A stretch of 64,000 nt of DNA. Source: a bacterium. Lineage in GTDB: Bacteria; UBA8248. The translations under genes and the position numbers were made by a program. Of the stretch, positions 20,384 to 30,418 are shown in pieces. The notes beneath the pieces were generated by a model. It worked only from the letters and a program-made list of their open reading frames with translations, was not told where the DNA came from and did not search any database. The first letter of the stretch is position 1, and each line of letters starts with the position of its first letter. The DNA is taken from the NCBI GenBank assembly GCA_965199855.1, contig OZ241326.1, positions 2,304,001 through 2,368,000 of the forward strand, in the 5' to 3' direction.

Positions 20384-22465
20384 ATGCTGATCAAGCGCCT
20401 TTTGCTGCTGCTCCCCCTGCTGCTCGCGGCCGTTCTGCTTCAGTCCTACTTCTGGGTTCCCACGTTCTCCGATCAGACCAGGGGCGGCGACGGGCGGCTC
20501 CGCCAGTTCATCACCGGCTCCATCGGCGACGCGCAGATACTGAACCCCATCCTTCACGCCGACACGGCGAGCGGCGAGATCGTAGACAAGGTGTTCGAGG
20601 GCCTCATCGACCGGGACCGCGACCTCTCCTACCGGGGCCGGCTGGCCTCCTCCTGGCGCATCTACGAGGAGGCGTTCTTCGTCCCCCATCCCGACGGGCC
20701 GGGCGCGAAGGCCCTGGCCGCGCGCATCGCGCGGGCGCGGGACGAGGGCGGCGCCGCGTGGCTGAAAAACGTCGAAAAAATCGAAGCGCTGCCCCCCGCC
20801 GAGGAGAAGACCTTCATCCGCGCCCCGCCCGCCAAGGGGCGGAAAAGGCCCGGGCGCATGGCCGTCCGCGTCGCCTACCCCGAGCGCGTGAAGATGACGC
20901 TCAAGAACGTGGATCAGGACCTGTTCGCCCGACTCGGAAAACTGCTGGGCGAGGGCGCAATCGCCGCCGACCCGGCTCCCTTCGTCAAGACCGCGCTTCC
21001 CGAGCGGCTGCGCCCCGCCGCCCTGCGGCGCGCGCGGCTCACGGAGCACAACCCCGTCATCGTCTTCCGGCTCAGGCGCGGCGTCCGCTTCCACGACGGC
21101 CACGAGTTCGACTCGGGCGACGTGCGCTTCACCTACGAAGCCATCATGAACCCCGCGAACCTCTCCCCCCGGACGGCGGACTTCGAGCCCGTCAAGCGCG
21201 TGGAGACGCCCGACAGGTTCACCGTGAAGATCACCTACAAGCGCCTCTACTCCCCCGCCTTCGGCACGTGGGGGATGGGGATGCTGCCCGAGCACCTGCT
21301 GAACCGGGAGAGGCTCGACGAGGAGGCGAGGCGCGCGGGCAGGGAGCCGAAGAATTTCAGCCTGCGCGACAGCGCGTTCAACCGAAGCCCCGTGGGCTCA
21401 GGCCCCTTCGTCTTCCGGGAATGGCGCTCGGACGAGCTCATCCGGCTCGCGCGCAACGAGGACTACTGGGAGGGCGCGCCCGAATACGACGAATACGTCT
21501 ACAGAATCCTGCCCGACCCCCTGACGCAGGAGATCGCCTTCTACGCCGGAACCGTGGATCGCTACGGAGCGGGCTCCCACCAGGTCGAGCGTCTGCGGAA
21601 AGATCCGAGATTCCAGGTGTTCTCCGGCCTGGGCTTCGGCTTCTCCTACATCGGCTACAACATGCGCCGCTGGCCGTTCGGGGACGCCCGCGTGCGCCGG
21701 GCGCTCGGCATGGCGGTGAACGCGAGGCAGATCCAGCGCTACGTGCTGAACGGCGAGGCCGAGGACATCACCGGCCCGTTCGTGAAGCAGAGCCGGCACT
21801 ACAACCGCAGCGTCAAGCCCCTGCCCTACGACCCGGAAGGGGCGGCGCGGCTGCTCCGCGAGGCGGGATTCCGCAGGAAAAACGGCATTCTGACCAAGGA
21901 CGGCAGGCCCCTCGCCTTCAACCTGATGACGAACCACGGCAACGAGATCAGACGCGCCATCGGCGCCGTCGCGCAGGACGCCTGGCGGAAGATCGGCGTC
22001 AAAGCCACCTTCTCGCAGGTCGAGTGGGCCGTGTTCATCCGAAAGCACGTCAACCAGCTCGACTTCGACGCCGTCATCCTCGGCTGGAGCCTCGGCCTCG
22101 ACCCGGATCTTTATCAGATATGGCATTCGAGCCAGACGGGCAAGGGGCGGCTCAACTTCGTCGGCTACGCGAACCCGAAGGCGGACGACCTCATCGTCAA
22201 GATCCGCCAGGAATACGACCTGCCGACCCAGGTTCGCTACGCGCGCGCCCTCCACCGCATCATCGCGGCGGATCAGCCCTACACGTTCCTCTACGTCAGC
22301 AAATGGACGGCGCTGCTCGACAGGAAAATCGCCATCGCCCGGCGCCTCGCGGACGGGAAAACGCAGCCGCGCAGAATCCGCCCCACCGTCACGGGAAGCT
22401 ACGCCTTCGACTTCAACAGGTGGGTGAAGTTCCCCGAAGCCCCCCGCTTCGAGAGCCGGAATTGA
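20384..22465 (+). CDS. Peptide/nickel ABC transporter substrate-binding protein (family 5) with internal insertion
   Basis: LNPIL, FRLRRGVRFHDG, GSGPF, DARVRRAL, DPDLYQIWHS. Confidence 0.88.
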   Translation: MLIKRLLLLLPLLLAAVLLQSYFWVPTFSDQTRGGDGRLRQFITGSIGDAQILNPILHADTASGEIVDKVFEGLIDRDRDLSYRGRLASSWRIYEEAFFVPHPDGPGAKALAARIARARDEGGAAWLKNVEKIEALPPAEEKTFIRAPPAKGRKRPGRMAVRVAYPERVKMTLKNVDQDLFARLGKLLGEGAIAADPAPFVKTALPERLRPAALRRARLTEHNPVIVFRLRRGVRFHDGHEFDSGDVRFTYEAIMNPANLSPRTADFEPVKRVETPDRFTVKITYKRLYSPAFGTWGMGMLPEHLLNRERLDEEARRAGREPKNFSLRDSAFNRSPVGSGPFVFREWRSDELIRLARNEDYWEGAPEYDEYVYRILPDPLTQEIAFYAGTVDRYGAGSHQVERLRKDPRFQVFSGLGFGFSYIGYNMRRWPFGDARVRRALGMAVNARQIQRYVLNGEAEDITGPFVKQSRHYNRSVKPLPYDPEGAARLLREAGFRRKNGILTKDGRPLAFNLMTNHGNEIRRAIGAVAQDAWRKIGVKATFSQVEWAVFIRKHVNQLDFDAVILGWSLGLDPDLYQIWHSSQTGKGRLNFVGYANPKADDLIVKIRQEYDLPTQVRYARALHRIIAADQPYTFLYVSKWTALLDRKIAIARRLADGKTQPRRIRPTVTGSYAFDFNRWVKFPEAPRFESRN

Positions 22466-23457
22466 TCGCCTACATCGCGCGGACGACGCTGTTCAAGCTC
22501 GCGACCCTCTTCATCATCTCGATCGTGAGCTTCCTGATCATCCATCTCGCCCCCGGCGAGCCGAGCCAGATCGACCCCCTCAACCCGCGCTTCACGAAGG
22601 AGGACCTCGCCCGCTACCGCGCCGCCTTCGACCTCGACAAGCCGCTTCCCGTCCAGTACTGGCGCTTCTACAAAAAATTCTTCACCGGCGAGCTCGCGAG
22701 CCTCAAGGACAACCAGCCCGTCTTCGGAAAGATATGGCGGCGCTTCCTCGTCAGCCTGCCCCTGTTCATCGTGGGCACCCTCATCACCTGGTGCCTCTCC
22801 TTCCCGCTCGGAATCGCGGGCGCGCTGCGCCGCTACACCTTCTTCGACCGCTCCACCACCTTCATGAGCTACCTGATGATATCCACGCCCGGCTTCTTTC
22901 TCGCCTACGTCCTCATCATCGCGGTGGTGCAGGGCTTTCCGCTCCCCTTCACCGACTACCGCGTCCCCGGGCTCGAGGTCTCCGTCCTGGGAATCGAAAC
23001 CTTCGGCCGGGGCGGCGCCTCCCCCCTTTTCCGAATCAACGACCGCATCTGGCATCTCGTGCTGCCCAGCCTCGTGGGGGCGATCGGCGGCATCGCCGTG
23101 CTCTCGCGCTACGTGCGCGGCCAGATGATGGAGGTGGTGGATTCGGACTTCATCCGCACGGCGCGCGCCAAGGGGGTCGACGAGAACGCCGTGAACTACA
23201 TGCACGCCCTCCGAAACGCGGCGCTGCCCTTCGTCACGATGTTCGGACTCATCCTGCCCGGGCTGATCGGCGGCTCGGTCATCATCGAGAACATCTTCGC
23301 GTGGCCCGGCATGGGGCGCCTGGGCTTCGAGGCCGTGCTGGCGCGCGACTACCCCGTCATCCTGAGCCTCAACTTCATGTCCGCCATCCTGGTCGTCATC
23401 GGCACCTTCATCTCCGACGTCCTGCTCGTCGTGGTCGATCCGAGGATTCGCCTGTGA
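22462..23457 (+). CDS. Peptide ABC transporter permease (DppB/OppB-like)
   Basis: TTG start, LDKPLPVQY, FIRTARAKG, HALRNA, FAWPGMG, DPRIR. Confidence 0.9.
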   Translation: MIAYIARTTLFKLATLFIISIVSFLIIHLAPGEPSQIDPLNPRFTKEDLARYRAAFDLDKPLPVQYWRFYKKFFTGELASLKDNQPVFGKIWRRFLVSLPLFIVGTLITWCLSFPLGIAGALRRYTFFDRSTTFMSYLMISTPGFFLAYVLIIAVVQGFPLPFTDYRVPGLEVSVLGIETFGRGGASPLFRINDRIWHLVLPSLVGAIGGIAVLSRYVRGQMMEVVDSDFIRTARAKGVDENAVNYMHALRNAALPFVTMFGLILPGLIGGSVIIENIFAWPGMGRLGFEAVLARDYPVILSLNFMSAILVVIGTFISDVLLVVVDPRIRL

Positions 23458-24956
23458 GCGAAGCGGCCGAGATGCGCGAGATGATGGAGGAGATGGGCGA
23501 GGAGCTCGCTCCCCGCCAGCGCGTCTGGCGGCACCTGCGGCGGAACCCGATGGCGATGGCGGGCGGCGCCGCGCTGCTCCTCTTCCTGGGTCTCGCGGCG
23601 CTGGGCTTCGTCAACTCGGCCCTGATGAGCGATCCTCTCTTCGACGCCAACGTCGTTCGCCTGCCGGACAAGCTCAAGGCGCCCTTCTCCGCCCCGAACG
23701 CCGGGGTCGTGCCGAAGGAGAATCTCCCGCGCCTGGGAATCTACGTGTTCGGCACCGACGACCTGGGCCGCGACGTGTTCGCCAGAATGCTGGAGGGAAC
23801 CTTCATCTCGATGTCCGTGGGCTTCGTGGCCATCGGCATCGCCACCCTCCTCGGGGTGGCCATAGGCGGCGTCGCCGGCTTCTACGGGGAGCTCAAGCCC
23901 AGCGGCGCGCCCCTGTTCGGCTTCGCGGGCGCGGCGCTCGCGGGCTACGCCGTCTGGAACGAGGCGGGGTTTCTCGCGCTCCTGTTCTGCGCGGCGGGCG
24001 CGGGCGCGGGCCTGGCGATGCGCCGCGCGGGGCGCTCCCTGTTTCTCGAGGGCCTCGTCTTCGGCGCGCTCCTGGGCCTCGCGCTGGGGAGCTTCGAGCC
24101 GTTCGACTTCAGGGGCTTCGCCTCCGATTTCGGCCTGCGCGCGCGCGCTCCCGGCTGGCGGGAGGGCCTCCTCGGCGCGCTCTGCCTGCTCGCGCTCGCC
24201 TCCTTCGGCGGGGCGCAGGGGCTGAACGCGGAGGAGAGCGCGGCGGACGGCGCCTCGTCGAGCGCGGTCGCGGGCTTCGGCCTCGCGTATTTTCTCGTGT
24301 TCGCGCCGGGCCTCTACCTCGCCTATCCGGGCCGCGCGGCGCATCTGTGGACGGCGGCGGCCGGCGCGGGCGCCTGCGCCCTCCTCTATCGAAAATTCGA
24401 CCTCACGGCGCGCCTGCGCCGCTTCCGCCTGCCCCGGATCGACGTCATCTACACCACGGTCGTGGACGTGCAGCTCTCCTTCCCCTCGTTTTTCGTGCTG
24501 CTCACCATCCTCGCGCTCGTGACGCCCAACATCTGGATCATCATGGTGGTCATCGGCCTCCTGGGCTGGGTCGGCCCCGCGCGCTTCGTCCGCGCCGAGG
24601 TTCTCTCGCTCCGGGAGCAGCCCTTCGTGGAGTCCGCGCGGGCGGCGGGCGGGGCGGACGCCCTCATCATCTTCCGCTACCTCATCCCCAACGCCCTGGC
24701 GCCCGTGCTGGTCTCGGCCACCATCGGCATCGCGGGCGCCATCCTCACCGAGGCGAGCCTGAGCTTCCTGGGCTTCGGCGTTCCCCCGCCCCAGGCGAGC
24801 TGGGGCAACATCTTCGCCGACGGGAAGAAATACATCTTCGACGCCCCCTGGCTCACCTTCATTCCGGGCTCGGCCATCCTCGTCGTCATGCTCGCCTTCA
24901 ACCTGTTCGGCGAGGGGCTGCGCGACGCCATGAACCCCAAGGCGAACGGCCGATGA
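23454..24956 (+). CDS. Peptide ABC transporter permease (DppC/OppC-like) with long hydrophobic insertion
   Basis: FGTDDLGRD, FVESARAAG, EASLSFLG, FNLFGEGLRDAMNP. Confidence 0.88.
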   Translation: MSEAAEMREMMEEMGEELAPRQRVWRHLRRNPMAMAGGAALLLFLGLAALGFVNSALMSDPLFDANVVRLPDKLKAPFSAPNAGVVPKENLPRLGIYVFGTDDLGRDVFARMLEGTFISMSVGFVAIGIATLLGVAIGGVAGFYGELKPSGAPLFGFAGAALAGYAVWNEAGFLALLFCAAGAGAGLAMRRAGRSLFLEGLVFGALLGLALGSFEPFDFRGFASDFGLRARAPGWREGLLGALCLLALASFGGAQGLNAEESAADGASSSAVAGFGLAYFLVFAPGLYLAYPGRAAHLWTAAAGAGACALLYRKFDLTARLRRFRLPRIDVIYTTVVDVQLSFPSFFVLLTILALVTPNIWIIMVVIGLLGWVGPARFVRAEVLSLREQPFVESARAAGGADALIIFRYLIPNALAPVLVSATIGIAGAILTEASLSFLGFGVPPPQASWGNIFADGKKYIFDAPWLTFIPGSAILVVMLAFNLFGEGLRDAMNPKANGR

Positions 24957-24981
24957 GCGGATTCGCGCGCGCGGAGGAGCG

Positions 24982-25010
24982 TTGACAGCCGGGCGCGCGA
25001 GGGGCAATAT
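24982..25010 (+). promoter_or_regulatory. Putative tRNA promoter
   Basis: TTGACA-17 bp-CAATAT about 50 bp upstream of the tRNA. Confidence 0.45.
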
Positions 25011-25058
25011 GGCCGCGCCTTCCGGCCCTCGCGTCGCCAGGACGCCCGGAGGCGGCCT

Positions 25059-25145
25059 GCCCAAGTGGTGGAACAGGTAGACACGCTAGCTTGAGGGGCT
25101 AGTGGGGGCGACCCCGTGTCGGTTCGAGTCCGGCCTTGGGCACCA
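25059..25145 (+). tRNA. tRNA-Leu (anticodon GAG)
   Basis: GCCCAAG/CTTGGGC acceptor stem + ACCA, D-loop GG, anticodon arm CTAGC-TTGAGGG-GCTAG, long variable arm, GGTTCGAGTCC T-arm. Confidence 0.96.
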
Positions 25146-25268
25146 TTCCTCAATCTTCTCGCGCAATGCGACAAGCGATTCGGCCCGCGCGGAACCCGCC
25201 GGGGTCTCATCCATCACGGCATCGGGAAGCAGCGGGAGCGACGATCGGCGCGGCGCCGGGCCGCGGCC

Positions 25269-25802
25269 TCAGTCCTTCTTCGGCTCGGGCCGGGGGGCGT
25301 GGTATCGGCGGTATTCCTCGCCGAAGCAGAGACTCTCGAAGCCGCGCATCCGGTCGAGGAAGACCACGCCGTCGAGATGATCGCATTCGTGCTGGCACAC
25401 GCGGGCGGCGAAGCCCTCCAGCTCCTCCTCGTAGGCGCGCCCGCGCGCGTCGAAGGCCTCCAGGCGCACCCGCGCGGCGCGCGGCACGAGGCCGTGCAGG
25501 TCGGGAATGCTGAGGCACCCCTCCCACGCCTCGAGCGCCGCCCCGTCCAGGGGGGCGACCTTCGGGTTCGCGGCGACGCGCAGCGTCTCCTCATCCTCCG
25601 GGTCGGGCCGCATGACGAACAGCCGAAGCCCGCGATGCACCTGCGGAGCGGCGAGGCCCACGCCCTCGTATTCCGCCATGGTGCGAACCATGTCCGCCGC
25701 CAGCCCGGCGAGTCCCGCCCCGCCCAGCTCCTCCGGCGTCAGCTCGCGCGCCCGCTCGCGCAGGACGGGATGCCCCAGGCGGGCGACCTTCAGAATGGAC
25801 AT
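25269..25802 (-). CDS. def: Peptide deformylase
   Basis: GVGLAAPQ, EGCLS, QHECDHL. Confidence 0.95.
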   Translation of the reverse strand: MSILKVARLGHPVLRERARELTPEELGGAGLAGLAADMVRTMAEYEGVGLAAPQVHRGLRLFVMRPDPEDEETLRVAANPKVAPLDGAALEAWEGCLSIPDLHGLVPRAARVRLEAFDARGRAYEEELEGFAARVCQHECDHLDGVVFLDRMRGFESLCFGEEYRRYHAPRPEPKKD

Positions 25803-25804
25803 CT

Positions 25805-26530
25805 CTACTCCCTCCGGCTCCGCGCCCCTCCGGGGGCGGGCAGGGCGGCGAACCAGGCGGCCAGACCGCCCGGGTCGACGGTCTCCTCCAGCGAGGCGAC
25901 CACGCGGTCGGCCTCTCCGAGCTTCCCGGCCGGGTAGCTCGTCGTCACCGCGAGCGTCCTCATGCCGGCGGCGGCGCCCGAGCGCACGCCGGCGACCGAA
26001 TCCTCCACCACGAGGCAGGCGTCCGCCGGAATCGCCCCGCCCCCGCTTTCGTTGATCCGCTCGAGGGCGGCCAGAAAGCTCTCCGGGTCCGGCTTGCCCC
26101 GGCTCACCATCTCCGCCGTCACGATGACGGGGAAGCAGGCGAGCAGACCCGCGCTCTCCAGCACCGGGCGCACCTCGCGCCCCAGCGCGCCGCTCGCTAT
26201 GGCGAGAGGCCAGCGCGCCGCGGCCGCGCGTATCATCTCGGCCGCGCCCGGCAGAATATCGGGCGCGCGCGCGATTTCGCGGTAGCGCTCCTCCTTGCGC
26301 TCCAGGAGCTGCTCGAAGCGCTCCGGCGCGACCGCCACGCCGCGATCCTTCAGCAGGTTGGCGAACAGCAGCCTGTCGTCGAAGGCGAGGTAGCGCTCGG
26401 CGTATTCCGCCTCGGCGAGGTCGAGGTCGAGCTCCTCGGCCAGCACCGCCTGAAACGCCGCGAGATGCAGCGGCTCGCTGTCCGCGATGGTGCCGTCGAA
26501 ATCGAAGATGACGGCCTCAAGCTCCGGCAT
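25805..26530 (-). CDS. HAD family phosphatase (beta-PGM-like)
   Basis: FDFDGT, ASG, KPDP, VEDS. Confidence 0.88.
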   Translation of the reverse strand: MPELEAVIFDFDGTIADSEPLHLAAFQAVLAEELDLDLAEAEYAERYLAFDDRLLFANLLKDRGVAVAPERFEQLLERKEERYREIARAPDILPGAAEMIRAAAARWPLAIASGALGREVRPVLESAGLLACFPVIVTAEMVSRGKPDPESFLAALERINESGGGAIPADACLVVEDSVAGVRSGAAAGMRTLAVTTSYPAGKLGEADRVVASLEETVDPGGLAAWFAALPAPGGARSRRE

Positions 26531-26548
26531 CGCTCCTCCCGGGATGGC

Positions 26549-27313
26549 CTAGAGCCACCCTCCTCCGTCCTCGAAAATCCGCTCGCCCGTGAGGTAGGCC
26601 GAAGCGTCCGAGGCCAGAAAAACCGCCAGCCCCACGATGTCCTCCGGCTCGCCCACGCGCCCCAGAATCGTCTTCTCCGACAGCCGCGCCTCGGCCGCCG
26701 GGTCCTCCAGGGCGGACGCGAGCATCGGCGTGCGATGGACGCCCGGGCAGATGCAGTTCACGCGCACGCCCCGCGCGCCCCATTCCGCCGCGAGCGCCTT
26801 CGTGAGGCCCACGACGCCGTATTTGCTCGCGTTGTAGGCCGCGCGCGCGGGCCGGTGGCCCCGCTCGCCGAGGAAGGTGCCCACGTTCACGATGCTGCCG
26901 GCGCCGCGCCGCAGCATCCCGCGCCCCACCGCCTGGGCGCAGAGGAAAGCGCCCGTCAGGTTCACGTCGAGCACGAAGCGGAAATCCTCGGGCGATACGT
27001 CCACGCTCGCGTCCGCGTTCAGGACGCCCGCCCCGTTCACGAGAACGTCGATGCCGCCGAGCGCCTCTTCCGTCCGCGCCACGGCGCGCGCCACCTCCTC
27101 CGCCCGGGAGACGTCCGCCCCGATGGCCAAGCTCCCGCGTCCCAGCGCCTCGACGCGGCGCGCCGTCTCCGCGACGAGACGCTCCCGCCTGCCCAGGGCG
27201 GCCACGTCCGCGCCCGCCTCGGCCAGACCCAGCGCCATGGCGGCGCCCAGCCCCGTGCCCGCGCCCGTCACGAGGGCCGCTTTTCCGTCCAGGCGAAATT
27301 TTTCGAGTATCAA
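26549..27313 (-). CDS. SDR family oxidoreductase
   Basis: TGAGTGLG, NGAG, YNASK. Confidence 0.88.
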   Translation of the reverse strand: MILEKFRLDGKAALVTGAGTGLGAAMALGLAEAGADVAALGRRERLVAETARRVEALGRGSLAIGADVSRAEEVARAVARTEEALGGIDVLVNGAGVLNADASVDVSPEDFRFVLDVNLTGAFLCAQAVGRGMLRRGAGSIVNVGTFLGERGHRPARAAYNASKYGVVGLTKALAAEWGARGVRVNCICPGVHRTPMLASALEDPAAEARLSEKTILGRVGEPEDIVGLAVFLASDASAYLTGERIFEDGGGWL

Positions 27314-27490
27314 GCCCGCGCTCCCCGGCGATGCGGGTCGGGCGACTCCGCATCGGCCCCGCCAAACCGCCCCAACCTAGGAGATGGGGGGCGGGGTGTC
27401 AACGCGAAGGGGCGAACGGGAGGCGGGGCGCGGCGTCCGTCCTCCGCGCCTCCCGTTGCCGGAAGGGATGATGAAGGATAAGGTGGCGGC

Positions 27491-28162
27491 ATGAGCCGCT
27501 CCCCTGCGGATGAGACGCGGAAAGCCTGCCCCCTGTGCCGCTCGCGCGAGGCCCGGCGGTGGCTCCGCGCCGACGCGCGGGAGTATTTCCACTGCCCCGT
27601 CTGCCGGCTCGTCTTCGTTCCGCCCGCCTTCTGGCCCGCGCCGGAGGAGGAGAAGGCGAGATACGAGCGGCACCGGAATTCGCCTGCGGACGCGAATTAC
27701 GCCGCTTTTCTGAGGCGGCTGAGCGGCCCTCTGGCGCGAAGATCGCCCCAAGGGGCGCGGGGGCTGGACTTCGGCGCGGGGCCCGCCGCCGGGGGAGACC
27801 CCGTTCTGTGCCGAATCCTGCGGGAGGCCGGGCTCGCGCCCGCGCCCTTCGACCCCTTCTTTTTCCCGGACATGCCCGATGGCCCCTTCGACTTCATCGC
27901 GGCGAGCGAGACGTTCGAGCATTTCAGGCGCCCCGCGCGCGAGATCGCGAAAATCCATGAACTTCTCAGGCCGGGCGGGCTGCTCGGCGTCATGACGGCG
28001 TTCTGGGATGAATCCCTCTTCATCAACAACTGGCACTACCGGCGCGACTTCACCCACCTGTGCTTCTACCGGCCGGAGACTTTTCGGTGGATCGAGGAGC
28101 GCTTCGGGTTCTCGCGCCTCTGGACGGACGGCCGCCGCGTCGTCATCCTGAAGAAGCCGTAG
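27491..28162 (+). CDS. Class I SAM-dependent methyltransferase with N-terminal zinc ribbon
   Basis: CPLC...CPVC, LDFGAGP, ETFEHF, WHYRRDFTH. Confidence 0.8.
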   Translation: MSRSPADETRKACPLCRSREARRWLRADAREYFHCPVCRLVFVPPAFWPAPEEEKARYERHRNSPADANYAAFLRRLSGPLARRSPQGARGLDFGAGPAAGGDPVLCRILREAGLAPAPFDPFFFPDMPDGPFDFIAASETFEHFRRPAREIAKIHELLRPGGLLGVMTAFWDESLFINNWHYRRDFTHLCFYRPETFRWIEERFGFSRLWTDGRRVVILKKP

Positions 28163-28321
28163 CCGGCCATTCCCGCGCCCGCGCCTTCGTCCGCCCCCGA
28201 AGCGCGCGCCCCCCGAACGCTCCCCTCCCCGGCGCGCTTCGGCGCGGCTTGCCGCCCTCCCGTCCGGTGTGGCATCCTTTCGCGCAGGGAAGCCCTTTGA
28301 TTCGCCTGAGGAGCCGCCCCC

Positions 28322-30055
28322 TTGCGCGCGCTGAAAACGGACGTTCTCATCCTCGGATCGGGCGGGGCGGGGCTTCTCGCCGCCCTCGCCGCGAGCGAGG
28401 CGAGACCGCGCCCCCAGATCACCGTGGCCGTGAAGGGTCTCTTCGGCAAAAGCGGCTGCACGCGCATGGTGCAGGGCGGCTACAACGCGGCCCTCGCCGA
28501 GTCCGACTCGGTGGAGAAGCACTTTCTCGACACCCTGAAGGGCGGGGCGTGGATCAACGATCAGGAGCTCGCCTGGACGCTCGTGAGCCGCGCGCCCGGC
28601 TGCGTGGAGCGGCTCGAGACGGTGTGCGGCTGCTTCTTCGACAGAAACGAGGACGGCGCGATTCACCAGAAGGCGTTCGCCGGCCAGAGCTTCGACAGAA
28701 CGGTTCACAAGGGCGACCTCACGGGCATCGAGATCACCAACCGCGTGGCGGAGCAGCTCGCGCGCCGCGAGGTGGAGACGCTCGAGGAAACGCGGGCGGT
28801 GGCGCTCCTGCCCGCCAGGAAGGAGCCCGAGCGCGTCGCGGGCGCCCTGCTGCTCGACGTCCGCAGCGGCGCGTTCATCGCCGTCAACGCGAAATGCGTC
28901 CTCCTCGCCACGGGCGGCGGCCCCACGCTCTACAAAATCTCCGCCTGCGCGCAGGAGCTCGCCACGGACGGCATGGCGATGGCCTGGGAAGTGGGCGCCT
29001 CCTTCCGCGACATGGAGATGGTGCAGTTCCACCCGACGGGCATCCTGACGGGGGACGGCCTCCAGATCACGGGCACGCTGCTCGAGGAGGGCCTGCGCGG
29101 GGCGGGGGGGCATCTGAAGAACGCGGACGGCGAGCGCTACATGGCGCGCTACGACCCCGGGCACATGGAGCGCGCCACGCGCGACGTGGTCGCCCGCGCG
29201 GGCTACACCGAGATCATCGAGGGCCGGGGCACGGAGCGCGGCGGGGTGTTCATCGACGTGAGCCACCTGGGGCGCGCCTTCGTTCGCGGGAACTTCAAGG
29301 GCATGGTCGATCGCTGCGCCGACCTGGGGTATGACCTCGCGGGCGGCCCCGTGGAGGTGACGCCCACCGCGCACTACATGATGGGCGGGGTGGAGATCGA
29401 CTCCTCGTGCCGCGCGAACCTCGCCGGCCTCTACGCCGCCGGCGAGGACGCGGGGGGCGCGCACGGCGCGAACCGCCTGGGCGGAAACGGGGTGGCCAAC
29501 GCCACGGTGTTCGGCGAGATAGCGGGCGAGGCGATGGCGGAGGAGGCGGCGGAATCCCCCCTCATGCCCCTGGACCCGGAAAAAATCGCCGAGGCGGAGG
29601 CGAAAGCCCTGGACGCGCTGGGCGAGGGCGAATCCCCCTACCCCGTCCGGGCGGCGCTCAAGGAGACGATGTGGCGAAAGGCGGGGCTGCGAAGAAGCGG
29701 CCGGGACCTCGAAAGCGGCCTCGGGGAGATTCTCGCGCTGCAGGAGCGCGCGGCCTCCGTCCGCGCGGGCGGCGCGCGCGCCTACAACCTCGCCTGGCAG
29801 AACGCGATTGACGTGAGGAACCAGCTGTGCGCGGCGGAGCTCATCGCGCGCTCCGCCCTCGAGCGCGACGAGAGCCGGGGCAGCCACTACCGGGACGACC
29901 ACCCCGGGCCGGGGAGCGGGAGCCTCTACAACGTATTCATCAGGCGCGAAGGCGGGGGCGCGGCCATCGAGCGAAGGCCCGTCTCGTTCACCCGCCTGGA
30001 GCCAGAGGCGGCTCCGGCCGCCCAGGGCGCGCCCGAGCCCAACTTCATCGACTGA
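28322..30055 (+). CDS. SdhA/FrdA/TfrA-like flavoprotein subunit
   Basis: GSGGAG, QFHPT, RDVVAR, HYMMGG, HGANRLGGN, ESRGSHYR. Confidence 0.85.
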   Translation: MRALKTDVLILGSGGAGLLAALAASEARPRPQITVAVKGLFGKSGCTRMVQGGYNAALAESDSVEKHFLDTLKGGAWINDQELAWTLVSRAPGCVERLETVCGCFFDRNEDGAIHQKAFAGQSFDRTVHKGDLTGIEITNRVAEQLARREVETLEETRAVALLPARKEPERVAGALLLDVRSGAFIAVNAKCVLLATGGGPTLYKISACAQELATDGMAMAWEVGASFRDMEMVQFHPTGILTGDGLQITGTLLEEGLRGAGGHLKNADGERYMARYDPGHMERATRDVVARAGYTEIIEGRGTERGGVFIDVSHLGRAFVRGNFKGMVDRCADLGYDLAGGPVEVTPTAHYMMGGVEIDSSCRANLAGLYAAGEDAGGAHGANRLGGNGVANATVFGEIAGEAMAEEAAESPLMPLDPEKIAEAEAKALDALGEGESPYPVRAALKETMWRKAGLRRSGRDLESGLGEILALQERAASVRAGGARAYNLAWQNAIDVRNQLCAAELIARSALERDESRGSHYRDDHPGPGSGSLYNVFIRREGGGAAIERRPVSFTRLEPEAAPAAQGAPEPNFID

Positions 30056-30073
30056 CGCCGGAGCGGAGCCGGA

Positions 30074-30418
30074 ATGACGCGCCCCAAGGAAGCGGCGAGG
30101 ACGCCCGCCTGGAAGATCAACGCCTGGCGCTCGATGTATCCGGGCATGTGGGCCTGGGCGCTGCAGAGGGTCTCCGCCCTCGCGCTCATCGTTCTTTTCC
30201 CGATTCACGTGATGAACCCCTACGTCGATTCGGTGCGAATCGCCATGCTGCTCCTGGTCGTCTGGCACGCCATGCACGGCGTCAAGGTGATTCTGACCGA
30301 CTTCGGCTTTCCGGATCGGCACCAGAGAAAGCTCCTGTGGGTTCTGTCCGCCGCGGGCGCCGCCGCCTTCTTCTGGCTCGCCTTCGCGCACAGGGACTAC
30401 TGGAGGTTCGCGGCGTGA
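30074..30418 (+). CDS. Small SdhC-like membrane anchor
   Basis: LQRVSALAL, WHAMHGVKVIL, three TM segments, located between A and B subunits. Confidence 0.7.
   Translation: MTRPKEAARTPAWKINAWRSMYPGMWAWALQRVSALALIVLFPIHVMNPYVDSVRIAMLLLVVWHAMHGVKVILTDFGFPDRHQRKLLWVLSAAGAAAFFWLAFAHRDYWRFAA

Noticed and set aside
25059-25270. Genomic island integrated at tRNA-Leu
   Set aside because: Followed directly by housekeeping def; no integrase or duplicated tRNA 3' end noticed
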